Assembly: GCA_000934665.2 (NCBI GenBank)
Contig: KZ538082.1
Coordinates: forward strand, 1 to 64,000
Source of the DNA: Catajapyx aquilonaris
Taxonomy: Eukaryota
Length of the DNA: 64,000 bases
Direction: 5' to 3'
Part shown: positions 12,172 through 25,900 of the stretch, piece by piece
Position numbering within the stretch: the stretch's first letter is position 1
How the letters are laid out: the number at the start of each line of letters is the position of its first letter
Notes under the pieces: generated by a model
The model's database searches: none
What the model was told of the DNA's origin: nothing
Seen by the model: the letters and a program-made list of their open reading frames with translations, nothing else
Translations under genes and position numbers: made by a program

Positions 12172-15100
12172 CTCGCACTGCCAGACCGTTGCTCAACCGC
12201 CTGACTCCGGCAATCAGCAATGCAGGGATGCACGGGGGTATCAATTCTTGTCAGGATAGACATCGTCGACGTCAACGTTGTCGCCGGCATTTCGGGTCCA
12301 TGCCATGCTTCTTCCATATGCACCCCATACCACCCATATCTTTTTGGCAGACAAATTTGTGAACTCCCTGTATGTACTGTACATTCGTCTGACTTCACAA
12401 ACGTATTATTTAGTGAAACAACTTACCAAAATTCTCCCATGGTGTCAAATCAAGTAATTTTGAGAGGTGTTAACCCAAGTGAATCATTGAGAATGCACAG
12501 TAGGACAATAAAACTACCAATTAGACCACGCAATGGCCGCACTTAATCATAAACTCACCCAAGCTTACACTACTATATTCCTTCTATAATTTTCCATACC
12601 GTCGAACATTTCAGCAACATGACCTTCATGACTGTAAACCATAATGATCTTGTTGGGCACGAAAAATTGCCAAAGTTAAGATCAGTAGCAAGGTCGGAGT
12701 CGTTTATCGCACTTTTTTTCACGCGACATTTCCTTCCACATGTCATCATTCTTGGCACGCTTAATTACAAAATCATTACCAAAATGAAGCTTTGAAAGGC
12801 TCCAGGAAGCCACCTCAGATTACATTTTAAAATGAGCTTCTGAAATTAGCATCACCCCTGTATCAACCTGGAGATTGACGTGCAATCCAGAGTCTCAGTG
12901 TAGTTCCGCAGATTGTTCCCCACCAGCAAAAAGTTCTGGTAAATCTGTGCAGCTTGGAGGTCACTTTCGGCGAACACCGCCTTTTCGATGAAAGGACGCG
13001 GATCAGCCATGTTTGATTCCACATGCAATAATATGCTGCATGTAAAAGTACGATGCAAAAGCGACGATGACTCGTCCAACTAATTAGTCTCGGTACACTG
13101 GAGAGAGAGAGAGAGAGCCCTTCCATTCTGTTCAGACACGCAAAGTTTTCGTCTTGTCATGGCCAGCTTTTAGCAAAGTCCTGGAGCGATAAACGAAGTG
13201 TATTCTTGCACGTGCCTTAGGGGTTGCTGGATCTGATACAAACCGCAAGCTTACACCAATTGGATAAAAATTGGGGAGGGTTCTGACAGGAATGTGCTGG
13301 GAAACCGTGACACAGCACAAGTGTGGCTAACATTCGAGGGGACAGAATTAGTTGGGTCTTTTTTGCACGATAATTACTGGTGAGGTGAAACAAGGTTCTT
13401 TCACGGACATGCGTGGTAAATATGTTCCCACACTTTTTGTGCGTTTTGGTGCACCAGCTTTCCATTTCTATTTTGGCGTGTGGTCTGTAGGCTGATGTCA
13501 GATCGGTTGGGACAGGATTTATAGAACTATATAAAGCTGGCGTGACAACGCCCAACATTTTTGCCGAATCGCTAATATTATTTTTAAATGTTAGCGGTTT
13601 CTTAATTTCTGATTTGTAATTTTTTATGAGTTAAAAGGCTTAAAATAAGTTGCGCTTCTATTGCATACGTTGCCACTATAAGCTTAATTGGCATGTGCAT
13701 TATTACGCTATAGTTATACCACGTCAGGGTGAGGCAAGAGGCTCTGCGAATAGAGAAATGGTAGAAGGCAAATTAACGTACCTAATTGTATAAAAGCTCG
13801 CTGATTAATAGTCATTCAGGATTTTAATTACAGGAAATCTAAAAGTCACGAGAAAAATACTCACTCGTAACATGGTAACGTTCTGTGACAGGAAAAAAAA
13901 TTATAACGTAGACTCGTAGAGCGTAGACCTTATGGCCCTGAATGAGTGGTTTCACTGTATAAACTGAATGTATGAAAATCTTTACATTATTGTATTGAAT
14001 GCCACGAACGTTATCGATGGCACTGATTCTATGAAGTATAGTTCTTAGGTGCATACTCTGTAGCCTGTAGATGACGGTGGCAATTACAGTTTGGTGATTT
14101 TCCCATGAAAATAATATAAAATGCGGCCATGCTGTTTAGACCACTTTACTACCACAGGTGCTTGGAATATTGCATAACCGACTTGCTTTTAATTTGTTAG
14201 CCTGACAGTAACGGACTGTATTGCTAATGTGATTTAGTTTCAATTAATATTTTACCTGAAGACTACTCGTGTAATATAGCCTAAGCTGTTAGTGACACTG
14301 CCATAGATAATCTAGGAAGAACCAATGGTTCTCTCAGATATCGTGCACATCAAATAATTTCTCTAGGTAAAGATAAGAGATGCATTATTAGAAATCTCGG
14401 TAACTGTGTCAGTGCTAACGCATAGTCCTATTACTTCAGTCATATACCCATGCCACGATTCTATCTATGTATAAAGTTTCCAAGGACGGATAAATCCTAA
14501 CCGTGCTGAGGCCAGCTGTAAACTGTACAAATTATCGTGGGTAAGACTATCATACTACTGGTAAGCTCATATAAATGAAATTTATTCTTGCATTAGGGTT
14601 TTATAGTTACGGAAAGTAATTCATCATCTTCCACATACACTACGTTGGTCAGTATATCTGTATATAATGGGCACCGTAGATATTAAATCTATGATGGGCA
14701 CTTACGCCATTTATTGACCTGTCCCGAGAAAGAGCCACTACAAGTATTCATAATTTCTGGCTGGCAGACTTCATTACCGCAGCAATTTCCTTTTGATGAC
14801 TTCACCAGGCACGTAGCGAAAGTATCCTAACGATTAGATGACCCTCCAACGTGGCTTATTGGGACGAGTTTTGTCGCAATCAAAGGATATTCCATCAGTT
14901 TTTCGCGTGGGGGATATTGAAACATGACAATTCCCAGCCAAATATGTGTGAAGGGTTTGGGTCTTGACATAAAGGTCAAGGATTCTCCTCCTTGTCAGTC
15001 GTATAGTCTATACAAATATTACTGACCACTCTGAGTAACGCGTGAGCACTTTCTTTACCTTAGAAAAATTCCAGAAATACTGCTTTCAAGTGGCATTACG

Positions 15101-17683
15101 CAGAGGTCTCTTTACATTTCGGCTGTAAAATGAGCGAAATCTTATATACAGGTATTTATTTTTATATGAACGTAGTGGTGTTCATCTGCACATTTGAAAT
15201 GAAAACAAAGTGAATGGGTATAGAGATACCGGTGATCCCTAGTAGGGAAATGATGTAAACTGTACCAAACCAAATCAACCACATACCGTCGGTACTTAGA
15301 GAATAATTGCATGCGGTTCTTGCGTGTGGTCTAGGCTACATGCATTAAAAACTATAACGCCGAGATATTTTTAGCAATGTTATTAACCAGATGACGTTAG
15401 AGTCTTCTAGAAAACAGGATGATCTCAGCTCCACTGTATTTTTAATGCTTCTAGCACTGATATTTATGTGAGAACGGCCTGCAAAAAGATCATCACTGGG
15501 TATATTAATGTTGCTTTCATTTCTTCGGGAATATTTGCTTCTATCAGAAGATGGCAGTAGTGGGCTGATAATAGTGACGCGGGAAACTTACCTGTTCCGC
15601 CAAACAGTGAGACATCGCCACCTGGTTGTATTGAGTTAAACCAACTGCACCTGCGTCCATGGCACAGGTGTAGAATCATGTGAAACAAATGCGCAAAAAT
15701 TTCATCCTGAAAATAAATCATAAGCGCAATGAAAAAAGTGCAAATCACATCTTGCCCCACTTCACATACGAAACTCCTACACGTCGATGCACTGCATTAT
15801 TAACTTCATTTGTTTGCATGAGAAAGCTTCTTCTGGCTTGGCATGATGAGCACAGCCGGCCAGAAGTGGTGCAACTTTTCTGCCGTAATTCCTTCGCCTT
15901 CTGTAACACACGACGGTACCGAGTACGACTAGATTCCTTAGGAACTGGTTTTGTCTCAAGGACGTCAATATTGCACCCGAACATAGATGAATGTTACACG
16001 TGAACGAAAGGAGATTGACTGGATTTTCCGGATAGAAAATCTTCTTCCAAAAAGTCCCTTCACCTATTACTTCTGACCTTTTCCCTTTTCCTCCCACTAC
16101 TGATATCCAAGCAACTAAAAAAGTAGATAAACTAGGTCACACATTGCATGTAATGATAATTACCCGCTAACCACGTGTTAGGTAATTCGTCGCGTTGAAT
16201 CAAACGCATCAGCAATATGGTACAAAATATTGTGTAATATGCAAGTTTCCTATAGAACGTTCCTCTCGTGACTTGCATAGAATCCCAATGTCTGGGTGAA
16301 TATTTCTAAGAGCAATAGGAGGCGGTGAAAGTGAAGGGAAGGCCGGCAGGTAGGTGGTGTGTGTTATACAGTAAGTTTTGTAGGGCATGCACCACTCTTT
16401 CACGCTCGTTTTACTTAGGCACCTTTTGCTATATACGTGCCTCAGCTGAGCGCACCTTCTCCCCAAAATTTATAGTCCCCTTGGCTTCACATCGTACACT
16501 TCCAGTTCCTTGCATGAGTTTCCGTGTCATGTTGGTGTCAGGCTTCCTTGAATTAGGAGCCCATCCGTGCAGTCAGCGAAAGGACCAGGAAGCTGAAAGT
16601 ATAATTTACAGTGGAAAAAATGGGAGATTTATTTACTTGGTGTGTTTGTCTTTACAGTGTGCTGATGACATTGCTGCTTGGATGTTAAATGCCATATTTG
16701 ATGTCTATAAGCTTTGATTTCCCCAACTTAAGATGAGGTGAAATCTGAATTTTACTATTATTGTAATCATATAAATGCCTTTAGAGAGGTTTGTTACAGT
16801 ATTATTTTATGCCTTTAATGCTTGTGTATAGGAGCAGCGATTAGACATTGAACGAAGCCTAGTGCTCAGAATCAGGATATGTCTGAGGCAATTAAATGTT
16901 AGAAATCGCAAAATCGGATCGGGCAATTGTCCTCATGGAGACTAATAGCTATGGAACCTTTCAATGACTTGCTAGTGGAAATGAGACCTTGCCCTAGTAA
17001 GCTAAAGGTTGCATTTTCTGCCCTGCGGTCGCATTACTCATTAGTCATTGGTATTGATTGCTACTATTATTGAGATTGATGCATGTATTAGTCTGCCATT
17101 GCGTCATGACATTGTAATCCATGATGTTTAGAACTGCCCTCTCAAACGAATATGTGGGCGTCTTTTAAGCACTCATTGTGTGCAAAATTGTACATGTCAC
17201 TGACCTATCAAGTATTCTTTGGTGAATTGCTTCTAGAAATTATTACATAATGCATTACGAATATCCTTCCTGAGAAGTTAGTTGATTCAATAATTCTGTT
17301 CTGACTTAAAGTTTGTATTGTAAGCATTAGTGAAGTAATGAAAGCTATTCGGAGAATATTTCACTATACTTTAACTTGCTTCTTTTATATTTATGGCTGA
17401 TTATCCGTTTCGTAGGAAAATGGGATGTTATTGTTTTTGATTATATTATATTTTGTTGTTCATAACAGGCGCAAAATTTTCAGCGGCTCACACTTCAAAC
17501 AAAGGTATGGGAAAAAGATAATGGCTCCGCAAACATAGATAAGGTGATAATAAAATAAGTCCATGTGCTCTCCCTTTCCAGGGTCTTAATTACGGCCTCC
17601 TGCTAGAGCATACCATCTTCACGTTTGGCCTGGCCTTTGTCTTAGTGTGAATTCCCAAATTGGAGGCTTGTTAGAAATCTCTT

Positions 17684-17928
17684 TATAAAAGACGAGAGAA
17701 AGTGACTACTCGAGTTTGCATAGCAGTGCAGCCTGATTGCGTGTGAAGGTCGCTTTTCCCACGAGACGTTTCACTGGAAATTTGGGCAAACCAACAGACG
17801 AAAGAACGAAAGTCAAAGGTCAAAGGGCCACTTTTCTTTATTGAAGTCCTTGCCAACTTTTGTTTTCACCCCTTTTTTCGCGCTGTCACAAAATTGTCTT
17901 CCAGTTCTGTTTTTTCGAAAGGGTAAGC
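17684..17928 (+). promoter_or_regulatory. Candidate TATA promoter with a non-coding first exon
   Basis: TATAAAA at 17684-17690, then an ATG-free stretch of about 210 nt (17712-17922) ending in the donor AGG|GTAAGC. Confidence 0.4.
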
Positions 17929-20519
17929 GTATTCAGATTTATTTAAAGAACTGAGCCAATAAACAGCTGTGTAGCACTTTCAATGGGCGTAATAAATAAA
18001 TGTCAATTCATGTGTGAGGAGTTTTTAAAAGTTAGCTAATGTGTAATATGTGGAGATTTGCGTAGATTTTGATCTTTATATTGTACTGTAGTAACGCAAT
18101 AGGACACTACAGTACCTCATTATATTGCTCGAAATACTGTCTACATATTAAGCGTGTTGTGGTTTAACCCTTTTTGTGTATTGACATGCTTCTCCCGTAG
18201 GAAAATGTCATTATGTTATTGTTTTCGTTATTTTCAAGATTTTAGGCTATTCCAGGCATCAGTCAAGTTGTTTGTTGATGTCCTGAGTTGAAACAGCATT
18301 GTGATCATAATAATGATTATTTATATTATGAGCTACAAAATATTTCTTTGACTTTGAGCGTGACATGTTGCGAGATTGTGATCGTTCTTGCTATTTGAAA
18401 TGTATCAGCACAGATTTTCAATTGAGAACGATATCTAAACAGAGCATTGAATAAAACATCTCGTTATTCCCACGAATAACTATGTGGTATAGTGGACTAG
18501 GCCACGATTCTTCGTATTGGCTGAAAAGTGGCAAGTGAATGTAACAAGCCTCACCAGCGCATTCCTCCATCATTCCAGAATAGTTGAAAAATAATCTTCC
18601 TCATATCAGCCACTTTTGACCACAAAAGTGCAAAAAGATGGGCGTGGGAGGAAGTGGTAACAGGTGAAAGGAGGAGACGTCTGCGGTGAAGAAGGAGAGG
18701 AAGGAAAGAAGGAAAAAAATATATGATGATTCTCAGAAGAGGTAGTTATATCTCTCAAGGTCTAGCCGCATGCCAGAGGCTCCGTCAGGGAGTGCCGAAG
18801 AAAAGATCGCCTCCAGTGGTGACAATTTGGCTGCAATACAAACGATAGTGTGTGAGTGTCTCCATCAAGGCGAGGAATTTTGAGAAATGTATTCAGGCTA
18901 TACATCTGCTATTGTTTCTGCCTGGGCGACATTGCGCAAGAATAAAAAAATAACTAGGCCATCTACTAGGAGTTGTCACAGTCTAGTGGTTTAGACAATG
19001 GTTCAGGCACGTTAATTCCCCGTCCAGAAAACCTAATAAGAATTATTGAGATGCAGAGTAATCGTACAATGAGGAACAAAGAGATTATGAACCGGTCTGT
19101 TCGTTTGCATATAGAAGGTGGTCGTAAAATATTCAGAAACAATGGTTCGCATACTATTTTTCACAGGGCAGGTTGCTATAACTCGGTGACCGTGTGTGGT
19201 GTCAGCCATTTCCGAAAGCAGATCATATCGTCGTGATTCCGTTACACATTAAAATTTTAGTGTGCAAGGTCTTTTGAAACATTATTAACGAGGCCCTGGG
19301 ACGATATCACGTTTTTACGCTCCAGATGAGTCCTGAAACTTTCTGAGGGGCAGTTAATTGACAATAAAGAAACGTTGCCAAAAAAACTAAAGGAAGGTCA
19401 CCACGTGACATTGCAGATTTGTTCCCGCCCAAAACGGAATCTCAGGATTTTCATTCAGCAGGATATGAATGTAGGTCATATTCGTAGTAAGTACCGTATG
19501 TGGTGATTCAGATCTGCCTTACTCATTCCGATTACTATCCTCATTGTCAGGACTATTAGACAGAAAAAAGGCAGTGGGTTGGGTGTGGCAGGTAAACGGG
19601 TTCGAGTGATGTCATTATCACATAGGCATGAAGTTTCCTATGGGGGAAAAAAAATGAGTTATTGCGTGGGCATTCTTTGGGGTTATTAAATACGGTAGGC
19701 ATTATCGGATGTGTTAAGTGGCCACGGTTCATAAAGCTCTGAAATTCCATTCACTTTAGGGGGTGAGAGCGAGGTTGAAATTTTTTGGGCGGAAGAGGAA
19801 AGGGCCACTGTCCGGCCTTGCAGCAGGCAACTACCTCATGACGGCCAGCACACGACGACATGATTCATGGATCGGATATAATTACTCTGTTAACTAATTG
19901 CGAGCAGGGCACTTCCGGCCTCTTCATATCGAGAGTGAAAGCGTCAGTTTGAGATCATTTAACCAACCGAGAGACAGAATCATTGTTAGTCGCAGCCATT
20001 ATCGGTACGTGCTGTTCAGCTCTGAGAAGGACAAGAGAGAGCAATTTATGGGAAATTGTTGCAATGTCCCTCACTAATGGCGAAACATGGGGAGTAAGTG
20101 GAGTGATGAATAACCCTGCCAATCATGGTACAGAAATTGCAAAATGAAGATGATGTCGAGCAGGATGTTGTGTAATAACATAATGATGATAATAATAATA
20201 GTTCGCATGGGAGAAAGTATAATATTGCTTCCTTTTCGGAACCATGCAGCGGAATAATTTCTTAACCGATGCACAGATTGCATTGTTACTTACTATGGAG
20301 GAAACAAAAGGTGCATGGTTACTTGCACTGACTAGTTTTAGCAGTAAGGCGTGGATAAATCTCAGAGTAATAATTAAGAAAAATCCTGCAATTAAGTTTA
20401 ACATTTTGCAATGTAATGCGTCAACATTCATGTACTTGTAATGCAGGTTTCGTAAGCTACGTATCTTGTGATTACACCTGATCTGGATAACATGGAGATG
20501 ACCAAGAGTAGTGGCGTTG

Positions 20520-22230
20520 GGGCTAACACGCCTCCAAGGAAAACAACTTTTACTAGTCCTTTGCACTGCTGGGTGTCCGTTTAGCATTGGAAGTCTGAAA
20601 CGTCTTTGCTCCATTTTACACGTCACCCCTTGAGGAAAACCTGCTGACCAAGGGCAACGTACATGATCTTCCTTTTGGCCATGTAGGAAGCCACCAGCAG
20701 CCTCAGAGATTGATGCCCCCGGACTGGTCATCTCCAGGAAGGAGACAGAAAATGGGCACCTTCGTCCTAATAACCAGGTTCAAGAATCACTGCCATAGGC
20801 TCGGTTTTAACCATGGTCATGGATATATAAATTGCTGATTTTTCCGGGCTTTGATTAGAGTCGGTTGGCAGCTCACGCAATAACATTTTCTGTTCGTCAA
20901 TTGAGTAAATTAATGGGTAGGCTAGGATTGCCAGGGGCCTCTCTTTCTCATGTCCCGTGTTTAATAATTTTGAGAGGAGACAAAAATGCTGGTTGTGAGA
21001 ATCACTTGTTGTCACGCCGCATTTTTGGGGGAGATCAAAAGTCAAGACACTGCCAGATTTCATCTCAAATTACTATTTTGATTTGGCTGAGGGCGAGCCA
21101 AGCCTGGATAATATGAGCTTAGGATTGAAATTATAGTTTTCCGTGGTGGGTTAGCTCAAATATTTCATACCTAATCTGACACTCACGGTTATCTTTGTGA
21201 CAGTGAGTTAAGGGCCTGCCTCTATCTGCTGGCCTCCCAGGCAAGCTATCAACGTCTACAACTGACACAATGCATGTGCATGACTAAGTCACAGTCACAT
21301 TACAAGAGCCTTAATTTGTTCAGTAACACACATACCAGGAAGACCTTGAACTCAGTTGTACTTGATATCTTACAAGCCTTTAAATTGTGACCAATAATCT
21401 TTTGAAAGTGAACCCACCTTTCTAATATCAATCGCACTTTGGAGCATAAAAGTAGTGCGAATTTAATCATTCTAGCACCTTGAGTATTAATTTGCATAAC
21501 CCCAGGGTTGGAAAATGCCATTGTGGAGGACAGCCGATGGCGACCTTCTCGTGGCCTTTTGACCCTATTCGGAACATAGCTCTGAAGAAAGAACCGCCGT
21601 TCTTCCTTCCCAAAAGGTGTGTCTCTGGTCGTCCTCGGCAAGATGGGGATGGGATTTTTGGATAGTGAGCGATTACCCTCGTTTTTACAGCTTTGACCTC
21701 CATACGTGCACCGAATTGAAACCCCCAAGTGGAAATAAGTGTGATGAAATCTTTTGGGTAGTTGTTTCACTTTTTCCTTCGCCTTCAGTCGCCCAGAAAG
21801 GAGCCTCAAGTTGTCTCATTGATGAAAAGAGACCCCTCTGCCAGAAAGCCAGGAGAAAGTTGTTGTTCGGCCTCACCTGTCCAGCTAGGTGCACATAATG
21901 TAGGAAGGTCTCAACCCAAAAATAGACCTCGGGGGCTATCACTCTACAAGCCTTTTTGACCCTGTTTGAAATATCTGGACAGGATAACGTTACTTTTGAG
22001 GGACGGTCCACAAAAATGACTTTCTTCGAACAGACGGAGAAAGTATGGCCGTCACGATTATTCGGATTGGAAGAAGTGTGTGAGAAATCCGCAAAACCGA
22101 CTCAGTCTGATGTATGAAGTTGGGGACAATGCATCCGGAGGAGAGAAAAAGTTTTAAGAGTCGTGCAGCTGAGCTGGTAACGTAATCCTTTGTGTCCGGC
22201 TCTGTTTGGTCAGGCCAATGCACGCCTTTC
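20520..22230 (-). mobile_element. Probable degenerate L1/Tx1-like LINE ORF2 fragment
   Basis: Minus-strand RLLKLFLSSG...SFLW(D)RPSKVTLS resembles the post-RT 'W...LS..G...FLW...kv' region. It continues as broken ORFs to ASYMAKRKI near 20670. Confidence 0.4.
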
Positions 22231-22827
22231 GGCTATAATAATACTCTCCCCCCGGAAGCGGATAAGTGTTTTTTCCTCTGCACACTATGTGCAAGTCTCT
22301 AAAAGGATTTGAATAATAAAAAAACTAAACTCTAGTAAAAGTTGAAAAATTGTATTTCCCTACTACAGTAGAGCCTGAACCGGTTCAAATGCAAATGACA
22401 TTTTATGGTGACATGATTATTACGTGCTCGTCTGTAGGCGGAAAACAAACGATGGAATTCCACCGAGTCATGCAAAATCATGCACTTTCATACTATTGGT
22501 GTTATGTCAAGCCTCCTTGACTATTCACATAATTAACATTGCTGTCTAGTATTTCCTAGCTGCCCTTAACCCACATTTGACTTGCTGTCCTCAGATTTGC
22601 CTCGTTACATATGACACCAATTTGTTGTAAAATTGCAGTCATAATTGTGTTCCAATTTAATTAGCAGAGGACCCAGAGGACGCCGGGTATCCACCGCTAG
22701 AGGCGCTGTCTGGCATAAGAGTAGGCCAGGGAGGGAGCTCCGTTGGGCATTGGGAGGGCAAGGAAGAAGGAAAGCCCCCCCTCCTTTCTTTCTTTCTTTC
22801 CGTGCGATCCATCCAGCCGCAAGCCGG

Positions 22828-22864
22828 TATAAAACGGCCCCCGTCGCCTGAATCGCGGTCACTT
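22828..22864 (+). promoter_or_regulatory. TATA box + initiator of Gasp
   Basis: TATAAAA at 22828-22834 and TCACTT at 22859-22864; ATG at 22937. Confidence 0.7.
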
Positions 22865-22936
22865 TGTAAATTCTGCTCGGGGTCTCTTGAGTGAGAGGAA
22901 CTAGGGTGGTGTCCGCGCATTGTGTTGTCCCTCAGG

Positions 22937-25900
22937 ATGAATCGTCCCATACTTCTAGTGCTCCTCGGAGTGCTGGGTTCTGGTATGTACCATCTTTCAT
23001 CAAAAGGGTGGGAGGAAATGAGCAACAATACTGGTCGTATCGGATGCCAACACATTGTTAAGTCAGAGTCGATCAATCTAAAAAGGATTGTCTTAGTGGA
23101 CATTAGAGTGAAAGTTGTCAGATGCTGTGAAGAAAGCACCTAAGACGTCCTAGATTCACCGTGTACTGTTTCTGTCAGATGAAGTTTGCGACTAAGAAAG
23201 TGGGTGTTATGTTTAGGAGTATGTCAGACCATACATTTTAACTGGAGTCCGTGAAAGTCCAAGTTGTGTCTAAGTGAATTGTAGCCTACGAGTTAATTAT
23301 TCAGTGAATGCGCTCTGATTGCGTTGATGGTGCTATGCATAGAGTAAACAGTTTACTAGGTGTTGTTTTGATGTACAAGTAGAGTGTGACTGGTAGAAGA
23401 ATGTAGTTTAGTTATTGAGTAGTGATCATTGAAGCAAATCGGGCTCGAAGCAGAATGAAAGTTATATACTTTCCAGACGTGAACTTTAGGGTTGGGCCAC
23501 ATTTTGACACTATAGATTGGTTTCCGCGTTTCCCTACGTTCCTAGAAAAGGTCATCGGTAAAATGTCGCTGCCCGGGGTTGACATAATTGCATAACATCT
23601 GACCTTTACGTCCACTTTCGCTTGCAGAAATGTGCATGCATATTTAAATCGCATATTCGCATAAAGGCAATGAACTTGGTTCATCACAATTACTTTCAAG
23701 GTGAAGAACATCATGCTAATGCACCCCATACATGAAGCGTGATTGATGAACATCTTTCAAGCCTCTAGCCATTTACAATGCACAAGATTGGCCACCTAAA
23801 GTGTCGGAATTCCCCACCAGAGATTAATGAACCACAATAGCCCATCCCATTTGATTTCACACTCTGCAGTTTTATGTAGGGTTACAGACCCCTTTCAAGT
23901 ACATTCTAGGCCCTTCAAGGTTGCCTCAATTCTTAGGTTTTCACTTAAGTACAGTATGGTGTTTTCCGCTCTAGATGGCCGACCTGACATGCGGTACCAG
24001 CTGGTAGGCGTGGATTAATTTTCCTCCTGATTTCAACACGAATTTGAAGGTGCCGGTTTAGAGACTTGAATGCGCCAGGCGATAACGAACTGTCCTTGTA
24101 CACTCTGCTTATCAGGACTGTCCGCTAGTGTTCGGCTTCGTGAGCGTGTAATTTGGTCCTGCGCTCACTTTTCAACGGTTCAGATCATGCAATTAAGGTA
24201 GTTCTACCTTTATGGTTGGGCATAGAACTGAGAGAGGACAAATAGATTTCTACATAGTTTCAAGCATCATTGCTTCATGGAGAGGTTGCAACAGATATGT
24301 GAAAATATTGATTTGATGTCTTGCAAAATGTTTTCAGGTCAGAATGTTACCCTCTTTTTTTTTGCCAAATTTCAAATTCGCAGGACAGGTTTGGGTGGCA
24401 TTTCGTTGCCTTCGGTTATTATTCATGCGGCATTAGCATGTGGGTTTTGCAGTCGTGATATAGGAGTGACACCTCCAGTGACATGAATCGGGAACCACCT
24501 CGTTTTCAAAGAAGAAGAAAACATGCAAAGGAGTTCAAAAAATGCCTTTGAAGGCCGTCCTTGCTGTGCATTAAAAAAATACCGAGACGGGAAGTAAGAC
24601 AACAGCGTGCGCATGGCCAGGCACGCCCAAAAAATTCGCAGGTCTTCTCACGGTCTGAATTCTTGAGGACACGCTTTTTCTGTCACGTATCCCCAGTATT
24701 TCAAGGCTTAGAGGACCACACTAGGATTCCATAGAGTCCATCTTCCTCGAGTGAAAGTGATGTTTAAATGCGGGTGTGTACACAGCTGGGTGAGACCACA
24801 CCCAACTGGAATGTTGTTACTTCCCACGTAACTGGTCCAGATACCGGTAACCGAAATGCGAATTACAAACAAACGCCTTTAGCTCACTCAAGATGGCCAC
24901 TTTTATTGCGAAAAGGGTCAAACTTTCCAATTATGCTTGCTTATTTCCGGGGGATTGGAGGATGTAGGTATGTGTTGATGATGACGACGTTGGGTGGGCT
25001 GTTGCACCTCCTCTTGAAGAACTTACCACCGTGTCCTTCCGCCTTCGGCTCAAAGGGATTGCGGTAATAAGAAAGGAGAGGGGGCCTCTCCCGAAAAACC
25101 TTCCAGGAAGGGCGTCGTGAGTGTGTTCAAGGGTGCGGCAATGTCCAATAGGATCTTATAGTAGGTGTGGCCTCTGTTAAGTCAAGGAACGCTATGTGGG
25201 TCACTTGCACTTTTTTTCTTGTTGCGCCCCATTACACACCTACTGTACGTAGTGATGCTGACCAGTGTTGGGCTTCCGATACGTCTGTTGTTTGTTTCCT
25301 AGGCTGGAGACAGGCTGGTATTTGGATATGCAAATACAAGTTTGGCTGCAGTTTGGTAGTGTTTGTGTAGTTGATTGCACATTTAGATTGTTGTTGGCAG
25401 AGGTTTTTAGTACGTGACACACTTCTTGGCTCTGAAGATAAACTTCGCTTTAATGTCTTAAAAGAGCAATTCGTAACGCATTATAAATCTGACACTAAAA
25501 TTGTAATTTGCATAATGCCTGTTAGTTACGTTGTATTATATGAAATTAAGAGTAGAACATTGGCTGAGAATTTTGTTTGCTGTCGATCTATTGATTGGAG
25601 AAAGCTACTGAATTGCCTTTGCATATTATACAGTACATTTTGTGAAGAGAATACCTGCCCTATGGAATACATACGCAGCTGTCATATGTGCAGTGAACTT
25701 TTAAAATATTTTCATATTTGTGATTTGTACGACGCCTTCAATGATGAATGTACCAACCTTGGAATGTTGTTGTTTTTAACACCGAACTATTTGCAATATG
25801 ATTTACTGACTCTTAAAATATTCCTGTCGCATTAAGCAATTTTTGTACACAATAATTAATCAATTCTTACAAAAACAACAACAGTCTGAGGTCTAAAGTC

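Noticed and set aside
15464..16717. Several 80-130 aa ORFs and a weak signal-like MSFRVMLVSG
   Set aside because: No recognisable domain, splice structure or partner exons.
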